A stretch of 64,000 nt of DNA from an uncultured Gemmatimonadales bacterium (GTDB taxonomy: Bacteria > Gemmatimonadota > Gemmatimonadetes > Longimicrobiales > Longimicrobiaceae), in the NCBI GenBank assembly GCA_963716255.1, contig OY970303.1, positions 3,008,001 to 3,072,000 of the forward strand. The letters are read 5' to 3'. A program made the position numbers and the translations under genes. Shown piece by piece: positions 31,701 to 64,000 of this stretch (positions are counted from its first letter, which is position 1; every line of letters begins with the position of its first letter). The notes beneath the pieces are model-generated. The model did no database searches. It was not told where the DNA came from and was given only the letters and a program-made list of their open reading frames with translations.

Positions 31701-32919
31701 GGCTCGGCTCCTGCTCGGGGTACGACTCCAGCGAGAACATCACCTGGAAGAGCGGCGAGTGCGACAGGCTGCGCTCGGGCGCCAGCTCCTCCACCAGCCG
31801 CTCGAAGGGCACGTCCTGGTGCGCGTGCGCCCCCAGCACCGCCTCGCGCACGCGGGCGAGCAGCGCGCGCCCGGTGGGATCGTCCGACAGGTCGGCGCGC
31901 ACCACCAGCGTGTTCGCCAGGTAGCCGATCAGCCCTTCCGTCTCCCCGCGGGTGCGCCCCGCGATCGGCGTCCCCACGCTCACGTCGTCCGCCCCGGACC
32001 AGCGGCCGAGAAGCGCCTGGAAGCCGGCCAGCAGCGTCATGAAGAGCGTGGCCCCCTCCGCGCGGGCCAGCGCCCGCACCCTCCCGGCGACGTCCCGCGG
32101 CAGGCCGAAGGGCACGTTCAGGCTTTCCGGGCCGGGGACCGGGCGGTGGGGGCGGTCGACCGGGAGCTCCAGGAGCGGCGGAGCGCCCTCCAGCCTGTCG
32201 CGCCAGAAGGCGAGCTGCGCATCCACGATCCCGCCCGCGAGGAGCTCGTGCTGCCACAGCGCGTAGTCGGCGAACTGGATCTCCGGCTCGGGGAGCGGCG
32301 AAGGCTCCCCGCGCGCGAACGCCCCGTACAGCACCGAGACCTCGCGCATCATCACCCCCACGGACCACTCGTCGCTGACGATGTGGTGGGTGTTGACCAG
32401 GAGCACGGAATCGTCGGCGGCGAGGAACAGCAGCGTGGCGCGGACCACGGGGCCGCGCTCCAGGTCGAAGGGCCGCATCCCCTCCGCCAGGGCCAGCCGG
32501 GCCGTTTCCCGCTGCCGGACCTCCCCGGGGAGGCCGCGGAGGTCCACCCGGGGGACGGGGAAGCCGCCGGGGGGGTGGACGACCTGCACCGGCTCGCCGC
32601 CCCGCTCCGGGAAGACGGTGCGCAGCGACTCGTGCCGGCGCACGATCTCGCCCAGCGCGCGGACCAGCGCGGCCGCGTCCAGCGTGCCGCGCAGCCGCAT
32701 GAAGGTGGGGACGTCGTAGGCGGGGCTCCCCGGGTCCATCCGGTCCAGGAGCCAGAGCCGCCGCTGCGCGAAGGAAAGGGGTACGGGGCCCGCCGCCTCG
32801 CGGCGGCGGATGCCGGCGCGGCTCCCCTCCGCCCGGGCCGCCTTCTCCCGCAGCATCTTCTGCAGGAGGAGGCGCTTCTCGGGAGAGAGCTGGGCCAGCC
32901 GGTCCAGCGCTTCGCTCAT
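19747..32919 (-). CDS. Four-module NRPS [C-A-T]x4 (codes ~DALWMGGVFK Val-like; DIFHFGTVLK; DARALSQMSK; DVASNGLTYK Ala-like)
   Basis: 4390-aa ORF with four C (first is HHIVSDEW), four A and four T domains (first is GGQSLL, others GGHSLL). Confidence 0.95.
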   Translation of the reverse strand: MSEALDRLAQLSPEKRLLLQKMLREKAARAEGSRAGIRRREAAGPVPLSFAQRRLWLLDRMDPGSPAYDVPTFMRLRGTLDAAALVRALGEIVRRHESLRTVFPERGGEPVQVVHPPGGFPVPRVDLRGLPGEVRQRETARLALAEGMRPFDLERGPVVRATLLFLAADDSVLLVNTHHIVSDEWSVGVMMREVSVLYGAFARGEPSPLPEPEIQFADYALWQHELLAGGIVDAQLAFWRDRLEGAPPLLELPVDRPHRPVPGPESLNVPFGLPRDVAGRVRALARAEGATLFMTLLAGFQALLGRWSGADDVSVGTPIAGRTRGETEGLIGYLANTLVVRADLSDDPTGRALLARVREAVLGAHAHQDVPFERLVEELAPERSLSHSPLFQVMFSLESYPEQEPSLGPLEAEIMGVGGGVAKFDLTAIMTDLLEPIDGRLSGRAELFDEESLARLRGWYAALMAGIAADPDRPLSAIPLLDAAERARLLDGGSAGGEADPAPRCLHELFAEQAARRPGATALVHGAATITYAELDRRSDALAHRLAALGVGPDVRVGICMERSPGLVAGLLGILKAGGAYVPLDPQFPDERLAFVLADAGAPALVTGARLAERFAGFGGELVLEDADEATPSGAFALPRSPSPESLACVVYTSGSTGQPKGIGVPHRAVPGFFRGADYARFDEDQVLLQHSPVSWDALTLELWPALLTGGVCVLYPGATPEPEALARQVREHGVTTLWLTSAFFNLVVDTCPDVLGGVRQVMTGGEAVSAAHVRRALELHPGLRLVNGYGPSECTVFSTAWVVPAGFRGDTVPIGRPVGDRRVYLLDRRLEPVPAGVPGELYVGGPGVARGYLGRPEPTAAAFVPDPFGGEPGGRLYRSGDRARLRADGVLEFVGRVDFQVKVRGFRVEPGEVEAALAGHPAVREAAVVAREAAAGGRRLVAYVTAEAGAEVSPAELRAYLGGRIPAYMVPDALVVLDAMPLTAHGKTDRRALPAPGASDGAASYVPPRTPTEEALAAVWAEVLGVGRVGADDDFFALGGQSLLAMRVVARLREVLGVELPLRAVFEAPTLAGLAERIGGPGASPLAPIPRRGGEEPLPLSFAQQRLWIIDRMEPGSAAYNMPAGLRLRGRLDVAVLERTLGEVVRRHESLRTVFGVEDGRPVQKVLPAAPVRLPVVELAGLPGEARERTLRRLADGEAGRPFDLALGPLLRTVAVRLGPGEHAVLFTLHHVVGDGWSMGVLVAEVSALYEAFARGEPSPLPALPVQYPDYAVWQRDWLTGEVLDAQLAFWRERLAGAPPVLELPTDRPRPPAPGARGAAVPFVLGPDAVRDLRALARSEGATLFAALLAGVQALLGRWAGAEDVVVGTPTAGRTRAELEGLIGFFVNTLVLRTDLSGDPTPRVLVRRARETVLGAQAHQDVPFERLVEELAPERSLGHTPLFQVLFALQNNRQETVRLGSLDVEPLPAESGSVRFDLELSLAEQDDEVRGVVAFRTALFDASTMERLASHLRALLAGMAADPDRRLADIELMDAAERERVLVAWNDTAREYPPLPAHQLFAAQAARTPDAVAVLFAGGALTYAELDARADALAARLRGLGVGPEVPVGLCVERTPGLVAGVLGIWKAGGAHVPLDPAYPVERLALIARDAALRVVVASAETAAAVPESGGEIVVVDGETPLPPAPSTARGEGEHDNDTSEAEGQEALPQNWGRVASLSEPGGGPAEVAPEHLAYVIYTSGSTGTPKGVHVEHGSLSNLLHAAREAFGMGAGDVVPVLSSSAFDIWLFETMLPLSVGAAVRLVERERVMDPAGLVAEAGDATALHAVPALMRQVVREAAGSAEPRLPALRRLFVGGEAVPPDLLGEMREAFPSAGAYVTYGPTEAAVLACAYRVPASGAVEGHRIGAPLGNVRVYVCDAAGNAQPEGVPGELWIGGAGVARGYGGRPELTAEKFVPDAFGGVPGARAYRSGDRVRWRAEGVLEFLGRTDAQVKVRGFRIEPGEVEAALAGHAWVREAAVAVREEGGERRLVGYVVAAEGAEVDAGELRGWLKGRLPEYMVPSVVVALEALPLTPTGKVDRLALPAPESGSGTEYVAPRGEVEERLAGIWAEVLKVERVGAHDDFFALGGHSLLATRVTSRIAEETGTELPLRALFESPTVAGLAARLTALLPPAEGERSAAATTDDSRAAADATPADSADKQLQLRRMLAERASRRRQQEAIRPVARDPRSALPLSFAQRRLWFIDRMEPGHPAYNMPFPLRLRGTMEVPALRRALSEIVRRHEVLRTVFAVEDGEPVQVIRPARAASVPVLDLGGLPGDARDAELMRLADADAVHPFRLERGPLLRATLVRLADAEWGMLLTLHHIVADGWSTTALVQELSALYDAFRRGRPSPLPEPRVQYADFAAWQHEWLAGERLEEQLAFWRETLKGAPPVLNLPTDRPRPAVPGIRGDRRIYMLPPETSTALRRLALGEGVTPFMLLLAGFSLLLARYAGTDDVSVGTGTAGRTRVELEGLIGFFVNTLVLRTRLSGDPTGRELLRRVKDTTLGAFAHQDVPFERLVEDLAPGRSLQHTPLFQVMFNFQNLEESALDMGGGEVEPLHWSGEVSKFDLSLTAREDGGHLGGFVTFRADLFEPDTVERMLEHFRVLLDGLAADPERPVSALPLMDAAERARVLEAAHGPVRTYPRHLSVHALFERQAARTPHAVAAVFDGGSLTYAELDRRAGTLARELLRRRLAPETRIGVFLERGPEWLAALLAVLKAGAVYVPLDPSHPAERVRYVLEDSGASLLLTGEGLRGRVPEFGGQIVVVDTPHPPAPSPTRGEGEHDNDTSEGEGQEALPQNWGRVASLSEPGGGPADLAYVIYTSGSTGTPKGVLTTHGGAANYLAFLAEEYGLGEGDTVLQVATPTFDASIRETLGPLTVGARLVLSPARETADPRRVLERVRDHGVTAILAVVPSVLRPILAEAEASDGVAGSLRLLLASGEPLPVADVRRAHAVFGSGLRVVNQWGATECTMSSTLHTVADDEAWPIAPVGVPIRNTRVFVLDAELEPTPLGVPGEAYIATPGLARGYGGRPDLTAEKFVPDPFSGDAGARLYRVGDRVRRRRDGVLEFLGRVDQQVKVQGVRVEPGEIEAVLRAHPSVAAAAVVARETRPGEARLVAYVVASDGPDATEPTPADLRAYLADRLPSYMVPAGWVRLDALPLLPNGKLDRRALPDPEESAVEAEYVAPRTPTEEILAGIWAEVLKAERVGASDDFFALGGHSLLATRMTARVREAFGVDLPLRTLFEAPTLGGTAERLEALLHAGGDGVPPLVAVPREGPLPLSFAQQRLWFIHQFAPESAAYNMPHPLRLRGELDVGALRRSLEALVARHEALRTVFSVVDGEPMQVVQERVDLRLPVADLSGLPADAREAETRRLIGEETLRPFDLARGPLMRALLLRAGAEEHAVLFTLHHIVADGWSLGVLVREVSALYDAFSRGAAPRLAALPIQYGDYAAWQRAWLSGEALERQVGWWRERLAGAPPLLEVPTDRPRPAVMSEAGASQPFALSAEVSRALAELSRREGATLFMTLLAGWQALLSRWSGQDDVVVGTPLAGRTRLETEGLIGMFVNTLALRAELGDGPDFRGLLGRVREMTLGAYAHQEVPFEKLVEELRVERSLRYTPIFQAVLALQNAERGELEMGAVEVEPLSREEETAKFDLHLNVAERGGRLHCVLSYRVALWEPATIGRMTEHLRVLLEGIAAAPERPVAALPLMPAEERAQVLGGSNDTDRDYPSGEVVCDLLEAQNKRTPAAPALSFRGATITYGELDRWSNRLANHLRGLGVGPETRVGVCLPRTPELVVALVAVLKAGGAYVPLDPAYPRERLGYMQEDAGVSLVLTTTLLAGVLPGGTPVLALDAARAAVEAEPDAAPESGVLPDNLSHVIFTSGSTGRPKGVMIRQSSTVVLLRWLREIVSDGERGAALFSTSVNFDVSVAEVFGTLAWGGKLVMVENALELAGVEEPVVYASMVPTAAAELLRTGGIPPSVRTLNLGGEPLPAVLAQALYALGTVETVGNLYGPTEDTTYSTYSRVERGGAQVFVGRPVANTRALVLDARLEPVPLGVVGELYLAGDGLARGYAGRPHLTAERFLPDPFGEPGSRMYRVMDRVRRRTDGELEYFGRTDFQVKVRGYRIELGDVESALLSHPGVAEAVAVVREDSPGERRIVAYLVAPADRPAPGAGELRTHLREHVPEYMVPAAFVELEGLPLTPNGKLDRRALPAPGGPAAEREYVAPRNAAEELLARVFGEVLNLERVGVHDHFFDLGGHSLLATRVVARVREVFGVELPLRAVFEFPTVAELVPQVAALQPAAAVDEWEVDEELARLAELSDEEVMRLLKDI
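21601..24331. repeat. Long near-identical direct repeat, copy 2 of 11500-14230
   Basis: Offset of 10101 nt. Confidence 0.9.
24344..24477. repeat. REP-like palindromic doublet inserted in frame in an A domain
   Basis: Encodes [16 protein letters not shown]...[18 protein letters not shown]; two hairpins. Confidence 0.88.
26497..28373. repeat. Long near-identical direct repeat, copy 2 of 16480-18350
   Basis: Offset of 10017-10023 nt. Confidence 0.9.
27746..27879. repeat. REP-like palindromic doublet inserted in frame in an A domain
   Basis: Near-identical to 17728-17856, with one stem mismatch (PSTARGEG) and 6 extra nt. Confidence 0.88.
30169..32770. repeat. Diverged duplicate of the C-A module at 1-2600
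   Basis: Offset of 30168 nt at several anchors (position 11 vs 30179; HHIVSDEW at 2197 vs 32365). Confidence 0.8.
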
Positions 32920-32923
32920 CCGC

Positions 32924-45302
<12,379 letters not shown>

Positions 45303-45319
<17 letters not shown>

Positions 45320-47267
45320 CTTCGCATTCCTCGAGGTTGGTTCTCGCGCCCGCTCCGGAACGGGCCGCCCATCGCGTCCGCGCGCGCGCCCTCCGCGCGT
45401 CGGCCCTGCCGTAGCTCGCCTGCTCTTCCGCCGTTTCCGCCTCGCCGTCCAGCCGCGCCGCCAGGCCGGCCAGCGTGCGCACCCCGAACAGGTCGGGGAG
45501 GGAGAGCGTGCACGCCAGCCGCTCCTCCAGCCGCGCGTGCAGCCGCACCAGGAGGACGGAATCCCCGCCCAGCTCCCAGAAGCTGTCGTGCACGCCCACC
45601 CGCTCGACCCCCAGGGTTTCCGCCCACACCGCCGCCAGCGCCTCCTCGGTGGGGGTGCGCGGCGCCACGTGCGCCCCCGCCGGCCGGGTCCCCGCGGGGG
45701 CGGGGAGCGCGGCGCGGTCCAGCTTGCCGCCCGGCGTGGTGGGGAGCGCGGGCATGGCCACCCACGCCGCCGGGACCAGGTGCGCGGGGACCCGCTCCAG
45801 CAGCCAGTCGCGCAGCTCGCCCGCGGCGGGCGCCGCCCCGCCGCGCGCCACGGTGTAGGCCACCAGCCGCGCCTCGCCGCCGGGCCCGTCCGCGCGCGCC
45901 ACGACGGCGGCGTCGCGGAGCCCCGGGTGCTCGCGCAGGGTCGCCGCCGCCTCGCCCGGCTCGATCCGCACGCCGCGGATCTTGACCTGGTCGTCGGTCC
46001 GCCCCAGGTACTCCAGCCACCCGTCGCTCCCGCGCCGCGCCAGGTCGCCGGTGCGGTACATCCGCCGCCCCGGCCGGTCCGCGAATGGGTCGGGGACGAA
46101 GCGCTCGGCGGTGAGGTCGGGGCGGGCCAGGTAGCCGCGCGCCAGCCGCTCCCCCGCCAGGCAGACCTCGCCCGGCTCGCCGCCGGCCACGGGGTCCAGC
46201 CCGGCGTCCAGCAGCCGCAGCCCGGTCCCCGGCAGCGGCCGCCCGATCCCCGGCACCGGCGAGTCGCGGATCCAGCCGGCGGTGGCGTCCACCGTGAACT
46301 CGGTGGGGCCGTACACGTTGCACACGCGCGTGTCCGGGAGCGCCCGCAGCGCGGCCCACGCGGCCGGGTCCAGCGCCTCGCCGCCGGCGAGCACCAGCCG
46401 CGGCGCGTGCGCCCCCGGCGCTCCCAGCCCCGCGGCCAGCAGGGCGCGGAGCGTGGTGGGGGTGCAGTCCAGCACGTCCACGGCGTGGGCGATGATCCAG
46501 GCCAGAAGCCGCGCCGGCTCGGCCCGGGCCGCCTCCGGCACCACGTGCAGCGCGTGCCCGCGGAGGAGCTGGATCCACTGCTTCACCGAGCCGTCGAACA
46601 CCGGCGGCGCGTTCAGGCTCACCCGCAGCGGCCCGCCGAGGCCGCGGTACACCTCCGCCTCCAGCGCGGCGGCCAGGTCCATCACCGCGCGGTGGGAGAC
46701 CGTGACGCCTTTGGGCCGCCCGGTGGAGCCCGAGGTGTAGATCACGTACGCGGCACAATCCGGGTCCATCGCCACGGCCGGGATCGCCGCGGGGAGCGCC
46801 CGCAGCGCGGCGGCGTCGGCGTCCAGGCGCACCACGCGCTCCGGCGGCAGGGGGAGCCGCCCGCACAGCGACGCCTGGGAGACGGCGGCCACCAGCCCGC
46901 ACTCCGCGGCCAGCTGCTCCAGCCGCGCGGCCGGGGCGGCGGGGTCCAGCGGCACGTAGGCGGCGCCCGCCCCGAGGATCCCCAGGATCCCGGCGAGCAC
47001 CCCCGTTCCCCGCTCCAGCATCAGCCCCACCCTGCGCTCCGGCCCCGCGCCCAGCGCGCGGAGGGCGTGCGCCAGGCGGCCGGCGCGGGCCTCCAGCTCC
47101 GCGTACGACAGCGTCCCGTCCGGGCCGGCGACGGCCGGCGCGTCCGGGGTGCGGCGGGCCTGCGCCCCGAAGGCGAGGTGCAGCAGACCGCCTCCACAAT
47201 GCCTGTCTGATTCTACGCCCGCTTGAAGATGCACTCTCCCGGCCGGTTCACGCAACGCGTCACTCAT
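45303..47267 (-). CDS. Stand-alone NRPS A-T didomain with no C domain (code ~DGKDLGVVDK, Glu-type)
   Basis: 654-aa ORF with YTSGSTG, FDGSVKQW, LDCTP, NVYGPTEFTVDA, YRTGD and T GGDSV. The code differs by one residue from the classical Glu code DAKDLGVVDK. Overlaps the upstream stop by 8 nt and the downstream start by 17 nt. Confidence 0.92.
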
Positions 47268-48490
47268 CCTCGGAGTCGTCCTCCGCGTGCTGGCGCGACG
47301 TGCGCGCGGTCCGCTGCCGCGCCAGCCGCGAGCGGCGGGCGTCGGCGCGGTTCAGCGTCTCCTCGTGGGAGGCGCCGTCGTCCTCCGCCCCGCGCATGGC
47401 GTCCACCTGCCGCGCCAGGTCGGCCAGGGTCCGGATGCCGAACAGGTCGGCCACCGACAGCGTGGGCGCCAGCGTTTCCCGCAGCCGCGCGTGCAGCTGC
47501 ACCACCAGCAGCGAGTGTCCGCCCAGGTCGAAGAAGTTGTCGTTGGCCCCCACGCGCTCGATCCCCAGCAGCTCGCCCCAGATGGCGGCCAGCGCCTCCT
47601 CGGTGGGGGTGCGCGGCGCCACGTACTCCTCGCCGCCCTCGGGGCGCCCTTCCGGAGCCGGGAGCGCGAGGCGGTCCACCTTGCCGTTGGGAGTCATGGG
47701 AAGCGCCTCCAGCGCCACGAACGCGGACGGGACCATGTGCTCGGGGACGGCGTCCCGCAGGTGGACGCGCAGGTCGCCCGCGGCGGCGGCCGGCGCGCCC
47801 GTGTAGTAGGCGACCAGGCGGCGGTTGCCCGGCACGCCGGAGGCGGCGTCCTCGCGCACCACCACCACGGCGTCGCGCACCCCGGGGAACGCGCGCATCG
47901 CCGTCTCGATCTCCCCCAGCTCGATGCGGAAGCCCCGCACCTTCACCTGGAAGTCCTTCCGCCCGAAGTACTCCAGCTCCCCGTCCGCGCGCCACCGCAC
48001 CCGGTCCAGCACCCGGTACATCCGCGATCCCGCAGGTCCGTGCGGATTGGGCACGTACCGCTCCGCCGTCAATTCCGGCGCCCCCGCGTACCCCCGCGAC
48101 AGCCCCTCCCCCGCCAGGTACAGCTCCCCCACCACCCCCAGCGGCGCCGGCTCCAGCTCCCCGTCCAGCACCAGCGCACGCGTGTTCGCCACCGGCCGAC
48201 CCACGTACACCTGCGGCGCGCCCCGCTCCACCACCGAGTACGTGGAGTACGTCGTGTCCTCGGTCGGCCCGTACAGGTTGCCCACCTTCTGCACCGTGGG
48301 CAGCGCGTACAGCGCCTGCGCCAGGTCGCTCGGCAGCGGCTCCCCGCCCAGGTTCAGCGTACGCACACTCGCCGGGATCCCCCCCGCACGCAGCAGCTCC
48401 GCCGCCGCCGTGGGAACCATGCTCGCGTGCACCACCGCCTCCCCCACGCTCGACAGCTCCAGCGCGTTCTCCACCAGCACCAGCTTCCCC
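47260..48490 (-). CDS. 3' segment of the large upstream NRPS (C-terminal half of last Ala-type A domain, T, C-terminal tail), reachable only past the frameshift at 48487-48493
   Basis: The frame of ORF 47260..51144 reads NRPS-like only from GGKLVLVENAL onward, through NLYGPTE, GGHSLL and RADARRSRLARQR to the stop at 47260. Confidence 0.85.
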
Positions 48491-49175
48491 CCCACGACAG
48501 CGTCCCGAACACTTCCGCCACCGACACGTCGAAGTTGATCGACGTCGAGAACAGCGTCGCGCTCCGCTCCTCGTCCGACACGTTCTCCCGCAGCCAGTGC
48601 AGCAGCACCACCGTGGAGGCGTGGCGGATCATCACCCCCTTGGGGCGCCCCGTGGACCCCGAGGTGAAGATTACGTGCGACAGGTTCTCCGGCTGCACCC
48701 CGCTCTCCGGCACCCAGGTGGGCTCGGCGTCCACCGCGGCGCGGACAGCGTCCAGCGCGAGCGTGCGCGTGCCGGCCGGCAGCACGCCGGCCAGCGCGCC
48801 GGAGGTGAGGACGAGCGAGACCTGGGCGTCCTCCTGCATGTAGCCCAGCCGCTCGCGCGGGTAGGCGGGGTCCAGCGGCACGTAGGCCCCGCCGGCGCGC
48901 AGAACGGCGAGCAGGGCGACCACCAGCTCGGGCGTGCGCTCCAGGCACACCCCCACCCGCGTCTCCGGCCCCACGCCGAGACGGCGCAGGTGGTTGGCGA
49001 GACGGCCGGAGCGCGCGTCCAGCTCCGCGTAGGCGACGGTCTCGCCGCGGAAGGAGAGGGCGGGCGCGCCGGGGGTGCGCCCGGCCTGCGCGGCGAACAG
49101 GTCGTGCACCCGCAGCCCCGCAGGGTAGTCGCGGCGCGTGTCGTTCAACCCTTCCAGCACCTGCCGCCGCTCCGC
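47870..49175. repeat. Near-identical duplicated Ala-type A domain, copy 1; copy 2 at ~51019-52324
   Basis: Offset of 3149 nt, which is not a multiple of 3 and reflects the frameshift. Both copies carry the C7 run. Confidence 0.9.
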
Positions 49176-51502
49176 GTCGTCCATGGCCGGCAGGGCGGCG
49201 ACGGACAGGTCCGGCGACTCCGCCATCCCCCGCAGCAGCAGGCCGAAGTGCGCCACCAGCCGCTCCACGGTGGCCGTGTCGAACAGGTCGGTGCGGAAGC
49301 CCAGCGACCCGCCCAGCTCCCGCCCGTCGTCGGCGATGGTGAGCGTCAGGTCGAACTTGGCGGTGCCACCGCTGGTCTGGATCCCCTCCAGCTCGGCCCC
49401 GGCCAGCCGCGCCCCGCCGCCTTCCAGGCTGCGCAGGTTGAACACCACCTGGAAGAGCGGCGTGTGGTCCAGCGAGCGCTCCACCCCCAGCTCCTCCACC
49501 AGCCGCTCGAAGGGCACGTCCTGGTGCTGGTGGGCGCCCAGCGTGGTGGCGCGGACGCGGCGGACCAGCGCGCGCGCGTCCGGCCGGTCCGCCAGGTCGG
49601 TGCGGATCACCAGCGTGTTGACGAAGAAGCCGATCAGCCCCTCCACCTCCGCGCGGTTCCGCCCGGCGACGGGCATCCCCACCACCAGGTCGGTCTGCCC
49701 GGCGTGGCGGCCGAGCAGCGCCTGCCACCCGGCCATGAGCGTCATGTACAGCGTGGCTCCCTCGCGCCGCGACAGCGCCCGCAGCGCGTCCGCGGTCTCC
49801 GGGTCGATCTGCAGCGGCACCCGGCTCCCCTCCGTACCCGCCAGGCGGGGGCGCGGACGGTCCGTGGGCAATTCCAGCAGGGGAGGCGCGCCGGCCAGCC
49901 GCTCCCGCCACCACTCCAGCTGCCGCTCCAGGACCTCGCCGGTGAGCCAGGCGCGCTGCCAGGCGGCGAAGTCGGCGTACTGCACCGGGAGCTCGGGGAG
50001 CGGCGAGGGGCGCCCCTCGCGGAAGGCGCCGTACAGCTCCGCCACCTCGCGCACCATCACGTCCACCGACCAGCCGTCGGAGACGATGTGGTGCATGTTG
50101 AGGAGCAGCGCGTGCTCCTCGTCGGCCAGCCGCACCAGCAGCGCGCGCAGCAGCGGCCCCGCGGACAGGTCGAAGGGGGTGGACTCGTCGGCGTCGGCCA
50201 GGCGGCGCAGCTCGGCCTCGCGCTCCGCCTCCGGCCGGCCGCCCAGGTCCAGCCGGGGAAGCGTGAAGCCGCCCGCGGGATGGACCACCTGCACGGCGCG
50301 CCCGCCCGTGGAGGCGAACGTGGTGCGCAGCGCCTCGTGGCGGCGCACCAGCTCGCCCAGCGCGCGCTCCAGCGCCGCGTCGTCCAGCGGGCCGCGGATG
50401 CGCAGGGCGGCGGGGATGTTGTACGCCGGGCTCCCCGGCTGCAGCCGGTCGATGAACCACAGCCGCTGCTGCGCGAACGACAGCGGCAGCTCGCCGTCCC
50501 GCGGGGCCGGCACGAGGGGCGGCGCCTGCATCCCCGCGCCGTCGCGCAGCAGGGCGTCCACCCGCGCGGCGAGGGCGGCGGCGCTGGGCGCCTCGAAGAG
50601 CAGCCCCAGCTCCACGTCCACCCCGAAGGCCTCCCGCGCCCGGGCCACCACGCGCGTGGCGAGCAGCGAGTGGCCGCCCAGGTCGAAGAAGTCGGCGTGC
50701 GGGTCCACTCGCTCCGCCCCCAGCACGTCGGCGTAGATCCCGGCCACCACCTCCTCCGTGGGGGTGCGCGGCGCGGCGGCGGCGCCCGCGCCGGCATCGG
50801 CCGCCTCCGGCGCGGGGAGCGCGCGGCGGTCGGTCTTGCCGTTGGGAGTGAGCGGAAGCGTCTCCAGGACGACGAACGCCGAGGGGAGCATGTACTCCGG
50901 CACGTGCGCCCGGAGGTGGGCGCGCAGCTCCGCCAGGTCGGGCGATTCCCCCTCCGCCGGGACCAGGTAGGCGACGATGCGCCGCTCGCCCGGCTCGTCC
51001 TCGCGCACCAGCGCCACGGCGTCGCGCACCCCGGGGAACGCGCGCATCGCCGTCTCGATCTCCCCCAGCTCGATGCGGAAGCCCCGCACCTTCACCTGGA
51101 AGTCCTTCCGCCCGAAGTACTCCAGCTCCCCGTCCGCGCGCCACCGCACCCGGTCCAGCACCCGGTACATCCGCGATCCCGCAGGTCCGTGCGGATTGGG
51201 CACGTACCGCTCCGCCGTCAATTCCGGCGCCCCCGCGTACCCCCGCGACAGCCCCTCCCCCGCCAGGTACAGCTCCCCCACCACCCCCAGCGGCGCCGGC
51301 TCCAGCTCCCCGTCCAGCACCAGCGCACGCGTGTTCGCCACCGGCCGACCCACGTACACCTGCGGCGCGCCCCGCTCCACCACCGAGTACGTGGAGTACG
51401 TCGTGTCCTCGGTCGGCCCGTACAGGTTGCCCACCTTGCGCACCGTGGGCAGCGCGTACAGCGCCTGCGCCAGGTCCGCCGGCAGCGGCTCCCCGCCCAG
51501 GT

Positions 51503-64000
<12,498 letters not shown>

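Overview
The whole 64-kb window is the interior of one very GC-rich, minus-strand, operon-like hybrid NRPS/PKS assembly line that runs off both ends; I see no starter, thioesterase, tailoring, transport or RNA genes. In transcription order (right to left): (1) a 5'-truncated NRPS, (A)-T-[C-A-T]x5, broken by two identical G7 frameshifts; (2) a stand-alone A-T didomain with a Glu-type code; (3) a PKS-NRPS, KS-AT-KR(inactive)-ACP-C-A-T-E-C-A-T; (4) a 4-module NRPS; (5) a 3-module NRPS; (6) two single-module NRPSs; (7) a 3'-truncated C-A gene that the ORF track misses. Together these hold 19 A domains (two cut by the window edges), 1 PKS module and 1 E domain. The main oddities are: two carrier proteins with the same C-terminal tail converging on one atypical PKS module; twin homopolymer frameshifts that would uncouple the upstream half; REP-like palindromic cassettes and octamer repeats inserted in frame at one fixed A-domain loop; a three-copy non-canonical A-domain type (NQWGATE); one generic helical docking pair at five junctions; recent kb-scale module duplications; and an AT-rich inverted repeat inside a CDS. 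The repeat peptides resemble what I recall from Gemmatimonadota (Longimicrobium-like) NRPSs, which is a low-confidence guess. All specificity codes were read by eye against GrsA numbering and are tentative; domain boundaries are approximate.
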